Positions 19,440 through 29,671 are shown, counted from the stretch's first letter. The stretch is DNA of 64,000 bases from an uncultured Mycoplasmatota bacterium (GCA_900551455.1 URVV01000003.1:13097-77096); one strand, 5' to 3'. Notes: generated by a model not told the origin, from the letters alone. Translations and numbers: made by a program.

Positions 19440-19780
19440 TAATCATCAAACCTTTTATATATTGCTCTTGGTTTATAAGTATCTACTTTAGTGCTTGATT
19501 TACTTGCAAAAAGATCACTAAATAAGCCAACAGCTTTACTTAAGGAATTTACACCATCTTGTAGTTTATCAACATCGATATTTTTGGCTAGGGATATTAC
19601 ATCATTTAAGGTGGTGCTTTTCTGACTTTTTGTTCGATATTCGTCCCAAACAGTACTCTCTTCACCATACATATCATATAATTCATAGAATTTTTGCCAT
19701 GTCATAGTACCATCTTTAATATAGTTAGCAAATGTGGGATTAGACTTAACAAATGTTTTAAAGTTATCTAAGTTACTCAT
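19439..19780 (-). CDS. YlbD-like (putative coat protein family)
   Basis: 113 aa. The N-terminus FKTFVKSNP...TWQKFYELYDMYGE resembles YlbD. The stop overlaps the next start. Confidence 0.45.
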   Translation of the reverse strand: MSNLDNFKTFVKSNPTFANYIKDGTMTWQKFYELYDMYGEESTVWDEYRTKSQKSTTLNDVISLAKNIDVDKLQDGVNSLSKAVGLFSDLFASKSSTKVDTYKPRAIYKRFDD

Positions 19781-19877
19781 TTTATCACCTATTTAATTAT
19801 ATGTAAACTTGATTTTTTATTTGACATAATATAGTAAATTAGTGTTATAATATTTTTATATGATATAAGGAGGTTAT

Positions 19878-20345
19878 ATGAAAAGAAAATATTTATTATT
19901 ATTAGTTATTTTTTGTATGTTAATTAGTGGGTGTTCTAATAGCAATAAAACTAAGGATGTGAAAACTTCAGGAGAATTTAATACGGTTGCTTTAAATAAT
20001 AATTTTACAGTTTATGATAATATTAGTAATTATGAGAATACTGATTATATTTTAGAGGCAAAGATAGCTAAAATAAATGAGAATGATGCGATTGAGATGG
20101 TTATTTATAAGGATGTTGAGAGTGCTAAAAAGGTTCAGGAAAAACAGGTAGAACAGTTTAGTGTACGAAAGAATACTGGGGCTTCAATAGACAAGGATAA
20201 AGGTAGTAATTATTATAAGTATGTAATGATTTCTAATAATATGTATATGGTTAGTTCTAGGATTGATAATACTTTGGTTTTTTGTATGACAAGTTTAAAT
20301 AATAAAGATAGTTTTTCAAAGTTTATAGATCAACTTGGATATTAA
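19878..20345 (+). CDS. Lipoprotein (hypothetical)
   Basis: Signal MKRKYLLLLVIFCMLISG/CSN with a lipobox, and AAGGAGG 6 nt upstream. Confidence 0.6.
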   Translation: MKRKYLLLLVIFCMLISGCSNSNKTKDVKTSGEFNTVALNNNFTVYDNISNYENTDYILEAKIAKINENDAIEMVIYKDVESAKKVQEKQVEQFSVRKNTGASIDKDKGSNYYKYVMISNNMYMVSSRIDNTLVFCMTSLNNKDSFSKFIDQLGY

Positions 20346-20384
20346 GTTAAAATGAATAAAAAGCAAAATACTTTTTATTCATTT

Positions 20385-20810
20385 TTATATTATAAATGTT
20401 AAATTTAAAATAGCGGCTATTATTAACCAGATAAGATATGGGATCTGGAGATATCCAGAGAGTTTATCTTTTGAAAGAAATTCTTTTATCATAATAGAAA
20501 CTAGAATAATTAATATAAGAATCCAGATAAATGCTAAGGTAAATAGTTTAAATTTGAAAAAGATAAATACCCATAGATAGTTAAATATTAATTGAATTAG
20601 GTATATTCTTGGAAGATAATTTTCTTTTAGATAAATTCTTGCTGAGGAGATACCCATTAGGGTATATAGTATTGTCCAGACGACAGGAAAGATCCAGGAT
20701 GGAAGGATGCTGTCAATATGAGAATTTGGAACGGTTAATAATCCCACTAAGGCTCCTAATATGATAGGAGTTAAAATAAAAATAATTAATATTTTAGTTT
20801 TTGACTTCAT
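20385..20810 (-). CDS. tspO: TspO/MBR family tryptophan-rich sensory protein
   Basis: Five TM segments, with WIFPVVWTILYTLMGIS and YLWVFIFF motifs typical of TspO. Confidence 0.7.
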   Translation of the reverse strand: MKSKTKILIIFILTPIILGALVGLLTVPNSHIDSILPSWIFPVVWTILYTLMGISSARIYLKENYLPRIYLIQLIFNYLWVFIFFKFKLFTLAFIWILILIILVSIMIKEFLSKDKLSGYLQIPYLIWLIIAAILNLTFII

Positions 20811-20965
20811 TAGTCCTCCTTTATAATAGTATAAGGAAAAAATAGGAAAATATTTCTACTTTTAATTATTTTCTTTAATTAGTAATAAAATCTTCATTTT
20901 AAGTAATGTTCTACCCTTTTTATTTTTAATTCAATAGTTAGTTTGATACTTTATTTTCAAGAGAA

Positions 20966-20995
20966 AAGATTATTAACCAAATGATTAATAATCTT
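20966..20995 (-). terminator. Rho-independent terminator after the ABC operon
   Basis: Perfect 11-bp stem AAGATTATTAA-ccaaatga-TTAATAATCTT lies 5 nt after the stop at 21001. Confidence 0.5.
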
Positions 20996-21000
20996 TGTTT

Positions 21001-23583
21001 TTAGATATTTTCTTCACGAATTTGTTCTATAATACTATGTTTTTTAATTTTATTTGTAGAGTATAACATGGTTAATAAAACAATTGCAAAAACGGATATT
21101 GAAGATGTTAAGATAGCACTCCAGGGGATGATGACAGAGGATGTATCTATCATTGAAGACATTGATAAATGAATGATAAAGGTTATAGCTAGACTTACAG
21201 GAATACCAAATAGAAGAGATTTTAAACCAAAGAATAAACTTTCAAAGCATAGTATTTTATTAAAGCCTTTTCTAGTTAGACCAATACTTCTTAATACGGC
21301 GAATTCTCTTTTTCTAAGAGCCATACTGGTAGTAATGGTATTGAATACTGATGTAACTCCAATTAGAGTTATTAAACTGATGAAGCCATACATAAGAATT
21401 TTAATTACTAGAACAAGGTTTTTACTTTGTTTAGTTTCTTCTTTTAGATTTTGATAAACAACATTTTCTTTTTCTAAACCTTCGGCTAATTTATCAATAT
21501 TAGTAGTATTTTTTACTTTCATATTAATTGTTTTATAATCTAATTCCTGATTTATAAGAAATTTATAAATTTTTTCATTCATTATTATTTTATCGCCACT
21601 GTCATATGATAAATCAGATAATAGATCATAGGTTTTATCTGTTAAATAGAAACTATTAACTGTTTTATTACAATATTTAGAATAGTTATTAGTAATTTCT
21701 TGTTCATATTCAGTAGAATTTTTTTCGTCATATGGGATTTCTTCAAAATCACAAATTTTAAGATAGTTATTATTTAGTTTTTTGATTGTTGAGACATTGT
21801 AGTTCTTTCTTGTACCATTATTATAAGCTACTCCTTTAAAGTTATTATAAATAATAATTTTATCTTGAGTTAAATTTAAACTCTTTTTATATTCGTTCCA
21901 AGAATTATCATCTAATATAATTATATTTATATATTTGAATTTTGGGCTTATTAATTCTTCATACATTTCTTCTCCATAATAACTTTTATAATATTCAAGA
22001 TATTCTTTGGTGTATTCAAAATTATTGATGGCTGGAATAGATGTTTTACTGAAGGATACGTATTTTAAAACATCGTTATTATTGATTATTTCGTTTATTT
22101 TATTTTGAGTTTCTTTATTATTGTCATTTTTTTGGCCATTATAGACAATCTTTATGTCATATGGGATTTCCATTGCTACGTCACTAGCAGCATTTATAGT
22201 ATAATTTAGGTATGAAGAAAATGAAATGAATAGAACTACACTGATAAAGAGACTTATTGTTGTTACACGATATTTCTTTTTGTTACGTTTAATATTTTTA
22301 AGAGCAATCTCCCCTTCAATACCGAATATTTTGGTAATTAATTTGTTGGTTTTTATTTTACGTTTATTTATTTTAATATCATCATTTTGTCTAATTGCTT
22401 CGATAGGAGATATTTTACTGGCTCTTCTTGAAGGAATTAGAGCTGAGAGAATAATAACAATAATCATAAATATTACTGGAATTATTACAAATATTGGAAT
22501 GGTTACAAGGGTTAATTTATACTGAAGAATTTCTTTTATTAGTTTGTTAATAATAGCGAGAACGGAACCAATTCCTAGATAAGCACTGGCTACGCCTAAA
22601 GTTATACCTATTATACCGACAATTGTAGCTTCATAAAAGATAGTTTTGGATAGTTGTTTTTTGGTAGCACCAATGCTTGATAATAAACCAAATTCTTTTT
22701 TTCTTTCCATAACAGAAATAGCAAATGAGTTATAAATTACAATGATACAGCCAATAGATACTAAAGATAACATAATTATCATCATAGAGATCATTGTACT
22801 CATAATATTGTGGTAATTGCTTTCTCCATATAGAGCTAATAATGAGGTGTGATATGAGATATTGTTTTCATCATAATTAATTTTTTTAGCTATTTGGATG
22901 GAACGTTTAACAATATTTTTGTGATTGTTAAATGATATGTATAAGTTGACATTTTCTTGGCTATTTTCATCAATAGTGAATACAGTATAACCACAGGCAG
23001 AAAATTCTTCATATGGGGTTCTTTCGACAGAACCGACAATGGTATATTCTTTAGTTTTTAAGTTGGTTAAGGTCTCTCCTTTTTGATATTCATTGTTAGC
23101 AAGAACAATTTCATTTTCAACGAGTCTATCTCCATAGGTAAGCTTTATCGTATCACCAATTTTATAATTTACTTTTCCATTAGTAGTTAAATGGCGAGAA
23201 ACTACTATTTCTTCACTATTTTTTGGTAATCTTCCTTCGGTTAGGATTAATTCTTTTAGAAAATTGAAATTGACTCCGGTAAGATAAATATATGGTTTAT
23301 ATTGGTTTTCGGATTCTACTTTAGCAAAGCCAAGGCCTTTTTCATAAAAGTATGTATATTCTTTATTTTCTTTTAAATTAGTAATATTGGCATTCTTGTA
23401 AAAGGATTCATAGCTTCCATCATAGGAAATAGTTTCTTTAATCATATAATTTTGAAATGAGGCAAAGAGTAAACCAATACCTACCATTAAAGCGGTAGAT
23501 AAAATAATTCCAATAATGGTAACAATAGTTCTTTTTTTATTTAATTTTAAATTTTTTATAGTTAACTTCTCTAGAATATTCAT
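21001..23583 (-). CDS. ABC transporter permease, FtsX/MacB-type with duplicated FtsX domains (YtrF-like)
   Basis: 860 aa with two 4-TM FtsX blocks (KKEFGLLSSIGATKKQ and KREFAVLRSIGLTRKG), each preceded by a large extracytoplasmic region. Confidence 0.8.
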   Translation of the reverse strand: MNILEKLTIKNLKLNKKRTIVTIIGIILSTALMVGIGLLFASFQNYMIKETISYDGSYESFYKNANITNLKENKEYTYFYEKGLGFAKVESENQYKPYIYLTGVNFNFLKELILTEGRLPKNSEEIVVSRHLTTNGKVNYKIGDTIKLTYGDRLVENEIVLANNEYQKGETLTNLKTKEYTIVGSVERTPYEEFSACGYTVFTIDENSQENVNLYISFNNHKNIVKRSIQIAKKINYDENNISYHTSLLALYGESNYHNIMSTMISMMIIMLSLVSIGCIIVIYNSFAISVMERKKEFGLLSSIGATKKQLSKTIFYEATIVGIIGITLGVASAYLGIGSVLAIINKLIKEILQYKLTLVTIPIFVIIPVIFMIIVIILSALIPSRRASKISPIEAIRQNDDIKINKRKIKTNKLITKIFGIEGEIALKNIKRNKKKYRVTTISLFISVVLFISFSSYLNYTINAASDVAMEIPYDIKIVYNGQKNDNNKETQNKINEIINNNDVLKYVSFSKTSIPAINNFEYTKEYLEYYKSYYGEEMYEELISPKFKYINIIILDDNSWNEYKKSLNLTQDKIIIYNNFKGVAYNNGTRKNYNVSTIKKLNNNYLKICDFEEIPYDEKNSTEYEQEITNNYSKYCNKTVNSFYLTDKTYDLLSDLSYDSGDKIIMNEKIYKFLINQELDYKTINMKVKNTTNIDKLAEGLEKENVVYQNLKEETKQSKNLVLVIKILMYGFISLITLIGVTSVFNTITTSMALRKREFAVLRSIGLTRKGFNKILCFESLFFGLKSLLFGIPVSLAITFIIHLSMSSMIDTSSVIIPWSAILTSSISVFAIVLLTMLYSTNKIKKHSIIEQIREENI

Positions 23584-24260
23584 CTTACTTTTTCATCCTT
23601 AATTATTTTACCATCACCAAGAGTAATGATTCGATGAGCATTTTTTGCAAGGTTTAGATCGTGAGTAATCATAATTATTGTTTGATGGTATTTTTGATTT
23701 GATAATTTAAGTAAGTTAACTATTTCCATACTGGCTTTTGAGTCTAGGTTACCTGTGGGTTCATCTGCTAAAATAATGTCTGGTTTGCTTATTAGAGCTC
23801 TACCGATAGAGACTTTTTGTTGTTGTCCTCCGGATAATTCATTTGGTAAGTGGTTTATTCTTTTTTCTAGTCCTAATATTTCAATTAATTCTTTTAAATA
23901 GGCTTTATCTACCGTTTTACCATCTAGGAGAATGGGAAGAGTCATATTTTCTTCAACATTAAGAATAGGAATTAGGTTATAGAATTGATAGATTAAACCA
24001 ACTTTTCTCCTTCTAAAGATGGCTAAGGCATCTTCTTTTTGGGCAAAAACATTTATTTTACCAATGGTTACAGTACCGCTTGTAGGTTTATCAACGGCTC
24101 CTAGTATATGAAGAAGGGTTGATTTTCCGGAACCACTAGCACCGACGATAGCAACAAAGTCTCCTTCTTCTATAGAAAAGGAAATATCATCAAGAGCTTT
24201 TACTAAAGTTTGACCTTTTCCGTAAGTTTTAGATAAATTTTTAACTTCTAAGATATTCAT
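23580..24260 (-). CDS. ABC transporter ATP-binding protein (MacB/LolD-type, YtrE-like)
   Basis: Walker A GASGSGKST, signature LSGGQQQ, Walker B ILADEPT and H-loop THD. Confidence 0.9.
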   Translation of the reverse strand: MNILEVKNLSKTYGKGQTLVKALDDISFSIEEGDFVAIVGASGSGKSTLLHILGAVDKPTSGTVTIGKINVFAQKEDALAIFRRRKVGLIYQFYNLIPILNVEENMTLPILLDGKTVDKAYLKELIEILGLEKRINHLPNELSGGQQQKVSIGRALISKPDIILADEPTGNLDSKASMEIVNLLKLSNQKYHQTIIMITHDLNLAKNAHRIITLGDGKIIKDEKVR

Positions 24261-24622
24261 TTTTTAATCCTTTCAATTATTTGTTCAAAACTAAGTCCTA
24301 AGTTATTTAGTTCATTAATTTTTGCTTTTATTTCATTTATATATTCATTTATTTTATTTGTAGTGGCTATGGAGGTATCTTTGGCGATAAAAGTACCTTT
24401 AGTGCTGATAGTAGTAATTACTTTTTTACTTTCTAGAATATCATAACTTTTCTTGACAGTATTTGGATTAACTCCTAAAGCACTGGCCATATCTCTAATA
24501 GAAGGTATTTGGGTATTTTCTTTTAGTATACCTACGGCAACATATTTTTCAATATTAGATACGATTTGTTCATAGATAGGAACTCTACTTTGATAATCTA
24601 AATTAATCATTATTTGTTTCAT
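24257..24622 (-). CDS. GntR-family transcriptional repressor, YtrA subfamily
   Basis: 121 aa. The winged HTH has PIYEQIV...PSIRDMASALGVNPNTVKKSY with a short C-terminal tail, typical of the YtrA subfamily. ATGA overlaps occur on both sides. Confidence 0.8.
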   Translation of the reverse strand: MKQIMINLDYQSRVPIYEQIVSNIEKYVAVGILKENTQIPSIRDMASALGVNPNTVKKSYDILESKKVITTISTKGTFIAKDTSIATTNKINEYINEIKAKINELNNLGLSFEQIIERIKK

Positions 24623-24632
24623 AAATACCTCC

Positions 24633-26633
24633 TTATTCTGTTAATTTGTCATTTGCATATATATTTACAGTGTCTTCTCCTTCAGCATCTTCATCAGTAG
24701 GGTCTGCTATTTTAAATTTTTTCATTAATTCATCTAATTCTTTTACTTTGTCGGTTACAAAGACATAATATTTACCATCTTGTACTATTTCTAAATGTTT
24801 ATATTCTTTGGTAACATCAATTGTAGAATTAAGGTTATTTTTAATAAAATTATTTATTTCTGGATATGAGTAACTATCATAGTGAGATTCATTAGGAGAA
24901 TATACTAACTTAGGAGAATCTTCTTTTTTATAAGCTTTATTTTTAGTTGAATTATTATAGTATTCTAATAATTCTTTTTTTAGTTGTTGGTTATCTTGAA
25001 CACTGAAATTTATTTCTTTAGTTTGATAATTATCATAAATATATAAAGTAATATTATAGATACTATCTTGTTTTTTGTGGCTAATAATAGTTGGTTTTTC
25101 TTGATATGATTTAACAAGTTTTTTATATAATTCTTCATTTTTTTCTAGATAAATTGTATTATTATTTAAACTTATAGCATATGGATTATATTTTTTTACT
25201 TTTTTTAAATATTCTTGATATGATTTGTCGGTTAATATTTTAGAGTTTATATACTCATATTGTGTTTTATTTACATTTATATAGAATTGATAATATTTAT
25301 TTTTAATTTTGGCATTAATATTTAACCTACTGTATACTGGACCATTTGATTCGTTATCTAGAAGGATAGAAGTTATATAAGTAATTAATTCTTGGTCTTT
25401 GATACTGGTAAAACTTTTTTCACCATTATATGATTTTATATCTATATATTTAAAATCAGTATCTTTGTAGATGTTTTCTTCTTCAGGAAGGGCATAGTCT
25501 AAAATAACAATGGTTGATGAGACAATAAGAATACATATAAGCATTTTAAAGAAATTAGTTACTTTTTTTCTTGTTATTAAATCATAAATTATTAAGTAAG
25601 CGATTGTTAATATTAATAAGAAGAGGAAGCCAAAGAATGAAGTGCTGTTGATAGCAGAATCTTTTAAGATTATATAGCTAACACATATAATAGGAATTGT
25701 AGTTAGGGTTCTTGTTATGATATGAAGCTTTTCACTTTTAAAGGAAATACCTACTACTTCAAATTTTTTCTTAATAAATAATGGTAGTCCTATTAAAATA
25801 TAAACTATTGATAGAATAAACATTTTAATTAAAGAGGTATTAATACTTGTAGTTGATTCAAATCCGAATAGAGATTGTTTTATTAATTCATATGGCATTG
25901 TATATGTGATAGTATCTATTTTACTAATTTCCGCGTAATAAATATTTTCTTGTCTTTCTTTTTCACAAGCGAAAGTGTAGCATTTATAATTTTGTGGTTT
26001 ACATTCTTCTTTAGTACAGATTATTTTGGTGTTACCATCAATACTATAAGGGGTTGTACTTAGAAAACGGAAGTTAATAAATGTGGTGATAAAAGGAATT
26101 AGAAATAGGATTAACATAGTTACAACGACGGTGGTAATTTTATTGGCCGAAATACTTACGGCAATATTACAAGAGGTAAATACAAAGATGTATGTGATGG
26201 TATAGATAAGAAAAATATCAAATAACATTTTATAATCTATAAAAACTCCATTTGATAATAAACTTATTGTTAATAGGATTATAAAGTTTATTAGTTGCAT
26301 TAGGGATAGGATAACAATACCTCCTAGTGTATTAGTTAAAAAGATTTGTTTTTTATTAATAGGAAGGGATAAGGTAAAATCAATAGATCCTTTTTTGTAT
26401 ACGAAACTAAATAAAGTTATTGATAAAACAATTGGTATTACATATATTCCAATTAATAAAACACTAGAAATAGTATAGATATCGGGATTAATTACTTTAC
26501 TTGAAGTAGTATTTATCAAGAAGACTAATCCGTTAATAATAGGAATAAGTAATATGCATAATAAGATAGTGGCTTTTGATTTTTTGATATTTTCTTTTAA
26601 GTAGTTAAAATTAAATAAACTTGTTAAATTCAT
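24633..26633 (-). CDS. ABC-2-like membrane protein with a large C-terminal soluble domain
   Basis: About 10 hydrophobic segments in the first ~370 aa, then a ~290-aa hydrophilic domain. It overlaps the upstream ATPase gene. Confidence 0.55.
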   Translation of the reverse strand: MNLTSLFNFNYLKENIKKSKATILLCILLIPIINGLVFLINTTSSKVINPDIYTISSVLLIGIYVIPIVLSITLFSFVYKKGSIDFTLSLPINKKQIFLTNTLGGIVILSLMQLINFIILLTISLLSNGVFIDYKMLFDIFLIYTITYIFVFTSCNIAVSISANKITTVVVTMLILFLIPFITTFINFRFLSTTPYSIDGNTKIICTKEECKPQNYKCYTFACEKERQENIYYAEISKIDTITYTMPYELIKQSLFGFESTTSINTSLIKMFILSIVYILIGLPLFIKKKFEVVGISFKSEKLHIITRTLTTIPIICVSYIILKDSAINSTSFFGFLFLLILTIAYLIIYDLITRKKVTNFFKMLICILIVSSTIVILDYALPEEENIYKDTDFKYIDIKSYNGEKSFTSIKDQELITYITSILLDNESNGPVYSRLNINAKIKNKYYQFYINVNKTQYEYINSKILTDKSYQEYLKKVKKYNPYAISLNNNTIYLEKNEELYKKLVKSYQEKPTIISHKKQDSIYNITLYIYDNYQTKEINFSVQDNQQLKKELLEYYNNSTKNKAYKKEDSPKLVYSPNESHYDSYSYPEINNFIKNNLNSTIDVTKEYKHLEIVQDGKYYVFVTDKVKELDELMKKFKIADPTDEDAEGEDTVNIYANDKLTE

Positions 26634-27507
26634 AGCCTAAAGCCTCCATTTCATAAATAAATACCTCTTCAAGAGTTAAGTTTAAATAATCTAAGATTAA
26701 GGGGTGCATTTTTTCTAGCTTTTGTTTACTTTTTCCATTAGTATCTTTAATAATGATAGTGGCTACACTACCCTGTTTTTTAAAGTTTATAATTTCTAGA
26801 TCCTTAAAATCTTCTTTATCAAATGGTTTATTTAAGGATATTTGAACTTTAAACATATTTGTTTTAATAGTGTCTATATCACTTTCAAATAATATTCCTC
26901 CTTGATATAGTAATCCTAGATTATCACAAATATCTTCTAGTTCTCTTAAATTATGACTTGTCATTATAATAGTAGTATTTTTTTTAGTCATTTGTTTTAT
27001 TAAGATATGTTTCATAGTGTTTCTAATAACTGGATCTAAACCATCAAACGTTTCATCAAATAAAAGATAATCACAGTTAGTAGAAATAGCACAAATTAGA
27101 GCACATTGCCTTTTCATTCCTTTAGAAAAGGTACTAATTTTTTTATCAAGATTAAGATTTAACATATTTGCTAATTCTTTTAAGTATTCCATATCGAAGT
27201 TTGTATACATTGATTGGTAATATTTAGCGGTATCCATTAGAGTATAACTAGGATAGAAGAATAAATCGTCAGGAACAAAAACTATCTTTTGTTTTATTTT
27301 GGTGTATTCGGTTAATTTTTCACCATCAATAGTGATTTCTCCACTATCAGATGAGTAAATTCCAGTAATAATTCTTAATAAAGTGCTTTTTCCAGAGCCG
27401 TTAGCTCCGACTAAGCCATAAATAGAATTTTCTTTAATATTGCAAGTTAAATCTTTTAAGACATATTCAGTATCATATTTTTTAGATACTTTATCTATTT
27501 TTATCAT
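26611..27507 (-). CDS. ABC transporter ATP-binding protein (YtrB-like)
   Basis: Walker A GANGSGKST, signature FSKGMKRQ and Walker B LLFDETFDGLD. Confidence 0.85.
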   Translation of the reverse strand: MIKIDKVSKKYDTEYVLKDLTCNIKENSIYGLVGANGSGKSTLLRIITGIYSSDSGEITIDGEKLTEYTKIKQKIVFVPDDLFFYPSYTLMDTAKYYQSMYTNFDMEYLKELANMLNLNLDKKISTFSKGMKRQCALICAISTNCDYLLFDETFDGLDPVIRNTMKHILIKQMTKKNTTIIMTSHNLRELEDICDNLGLLYQGGILFESDIDTIKTNMFKVQISLNKPFDKEDFKDLEIINFKKQGSVATIIIKDTNGKSKQKLEKMHPLILDYLNLTLEEVFIYEMEALGYEFNKFI

Positions 27508-27534
27508 ATTACATCTCCTTTATATATTATATTA

Positions 27535-27558
27535 TTGTACTATTTGTACTAGTACAAA
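27535..27558 (-). promoter_or_regulatory. Probable YtrA/GntR operator: palindrome TTTGTACTAGTACAAA plus an adjacent TTGTACTA half-site
   Basis: A perfect 16-bp palindrome at 27543-27558 with a GT-N-AC core. An extra direct copy of TTGTACTA is at 27535-27542. The site lies between the -10 box and the RBS of the operon. Confidence 0.6.
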
Positions 27559-27561
27559 TAA

Positions 27562-27590
27562 ATCATACTACAGGATATAATATGTGTCAA
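27562..27590 (-). promoter_or_regulatory. SigA-type promoter of the ABC/GntR operon
   Basis: The minus strand reads TTGACA-17 nt-TATGAT, immediately upstream of the palindrome. Confidence 0.6.
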
Positions 27591-27620
27591 GTATTAACTT
27601 AAAATTATTTTAATAAAATT

Positions 27621-27648
27621 AAAAATCCACCTTTAAAAGTGGATTTTT
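27621..27648 (-). terminator. Rho-independent terminator of glmS
   Basis: AAAAATCCAC-ctttaaaa-GTGGATTTTT directly abuts the glmS stop. It is symmetric, so it could act in both directions. Confidence 0.65.
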
Positions 27649-29472
27649 CTACTCTACAGTTACTGATTTAGCAAGATTTCTTGGTTTATCTATATCTAGG
27701 CCTCGAAGTTTAGCAACTTCATATGATAGAAGTTGAAAGGCTGGAGCTACTAATAGTGGAGTAAGTAATAAATTTGTTGTTGGAACTGTGATTGTTTGCT
27801 GACAAAAATTAAGTGATGGATAATTTTTTTGAATATTTGTGGTAGTAATAATAACGGGTTTTGCTCCTCTTGAAATAGTCTCTTTTAAATTACTAATTGT
27901 TTTATCAGCAATGGTTTCATCTGTAATAATAGATATTACTGGGGTTTTATCTGTAATTAGAGAAATTGTTCCGTGTTTTAGTTCCCCAGCGTGGTAACTT
28001 TCGGAATGGATATAAGATATTTCTTTAATTTTTAATGATGCTTCCATACAAAGAGATGAGTCTATTTTTCTGCCAATAAAGAAAATATCATTTTGTTTAT
28101 AAATTGTTTTAGCAATATCAAGATATAACTTTCGATTATTGATTATTTTTTCTATTTCTTTAGGTAGACGTTGATATTCTTTAAAAATTACTGATAATTC
28201 TTTAGAGGTTAAAGTTTTATTTTTAATAGCTAGGTTTAATGCTAGTAGAGATAATACTAATACTTGTTGTGAATAAGCTTTTGTAGTTGCTACGGCTATT
28301 TCATATCCAACATTTAGATAAATAACTTTATCAACTTCTCTGGCAATGCTTGATCCAACGACATTAACTATTCCTAGAGTATCTAAATGATTTTCTTTGG
28401 CTAATCTTAATGCTGCTAAGGTATCAGCTGTTTCTCCAGATTGAGATATTAATATAACAAGAGTATCTTTTTGATAAAAGTGTTTACTGTAACGGTACTC
28501 ACTAGCAATTGATACAGATACTTCTATGTTACCATATTCTTCAATTAAATTCTTACCAATTAATCCAGCGTGATATGCACTACCACAAGCAACAATATCT
28601 ATTTTTTTATATTTAGAGAGATCTGGGAAGGAAGAAGACATTTCATTGTTTTCAAATGATATGTAATGATTAATAAAGTTATTAATAGCTGGGACTTCAT
28701 CATATATTTCTTTTATCATATAATGGGGGAAACCATTTTTTTGAGCTTCTTCTTTAGTACCATTATAAGTATTAATAGTTTTATTTAAAAGATTTAGTTT
28801 TTTATCATAAATAGTTACTTTATCTTTAGTAAGAACAGCAATATCTTCTTGATCTAGTAAGTAATATTTATTTGTTTCATTTAAAATGGCTGGAACATCT
28901 GATGAAATAAAGTTTTCTTCAGTTGATAAGCCAATGATTAATGGGCTATCTTTTCTAGTAGCATATAGAGTGTTTAAGTCATCATCAAAAATAATAGCTA
29001 GAGCATAACTTCCTCTTATTTTTTCTGTTAATAGTTGAATTGATTTTAGTGGGTCTTTATTATTTTTGATTATTTTATCAAGATAAGCACATATTACTTC
29101 TGAATCAGTATCTGATTTAAATTGATAATTATCATTTAATAATTCTTGTTTTAAGTCTAGATAATTTTCAATAATTCCATTATGAACAAGGGTTACTTTC
29201 CCTACTTTATGGGGATGAGCATTTTTAATATTTGGAATACCGTGAGTAGCCCATCTGGTATGACCAATACCGATATTTGATTCTTCTTCATTTTTGATTT
29301 TTTCCTCAAGGTTAATTATTTTACCTGGAGATTTTATTATTTTTATTTTGTTTTTATTTGCAATGGCAATTCCTGCTGAATCGTATCCACGATATTCTAA
29401 GGATTTTAATCCTTCAAGTAGAACTTTGATTGCCTTTTTTTCTTTTCCTATGTAGCCGATAATTCCGCACAT
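27649..29472 (-). CDS. glmS: Glutamine--fructose-6-phosphate aminotransferase
   Basis: MCGIIGY N-terminal nucleophile, two SIS domains and the C-terminal ...NLAKSVTVE; 607 aa. Confidence 0.97.
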   Translation of the reverse strand: MCGIIGYIGKEKKAIKVLLEGLKSLEYRGYDSAGIAIANKNKIKIIKSPGKIINLEEKIKNEEESNIGIGHTRWATHGIPNIKNAHPHKVGKVTLVHNGIIENYLDLKQELLNDNYQFKSDTDSEVICAYLDKIIKNNKDPLKSIQLLTEKIRGSYALAIIFDDDLNTLYATRKDSPLIIGLSTEENFISSDVPAILNETNKYYLLDQEDIAVLTKDKVTIYDKKLNLLNKTINTYNGTKEEAQKNGFPHYMIKEIYDEVPAINNFINHYISFENNEMSSSFPDLSKYKKIDIVACGSAYHAGLIGKNLIEEYGNIEVSVSIASEYRYSKHFYQKDTLVILISQSGETADTLAALRLAKENHLDTLGIVNVVGSSIAREVDKVIYLNVGYEIAVATTKAYSQQVLVLSLLALNLAIKNKTLTSKELSVIFKEYQRLPKEIEKIINNRKLYLDIAKTIYKQNDIFFIGRKIDSSLCMEASLKIKEISYIHSESYHAGELKHGTISLITDKTPVISIITDETIADKTISNLKETISRGAKPVIITTTNIQKNYPSLNFCQQTITVPTTNLLLTPLLVAPAFQLLSYEVAKLRGLDIDKPRNLAKSVTVE

Positions 29473-29494
29473 AATAATCCTCCTTATGTTTTAA

Positions 29495-29620
29495 TATATC
29501 TTTTGTTGTAATGTTGATTTTACTTTTTTTGATATATCTTACGAGGATAATCCCCGTGATGGCATCCGCCGAATATTTCGATAACCATCAACCTCGTCGA
29601 CTTAAGTCCTGGCGCTTATT
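29495..29620 (-). ncRNA. glmS ribozyme (GlcN6P-dependent self-cleaving riboswitch)
   Basis: The minus strand reads A/AGCGCCAGGACUUAAGUCGACGAGGUUGAUGGUUAUCGAAAUAUUCGGCGGAUGCCAUCACGGGGAUUAUCCUCGUAAG. It contains the conserved AGCGCC, GACGAGG and UAUCGAA-N-UUCGGCGGAUGCC core blocks and sits in the glmS 5' leader. Confidence 0.85.
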
Positions 29621-29671
29621 ATAATTAATTTACTGCCCTCCCCATTTCATTATAACTATTTATATTATATT

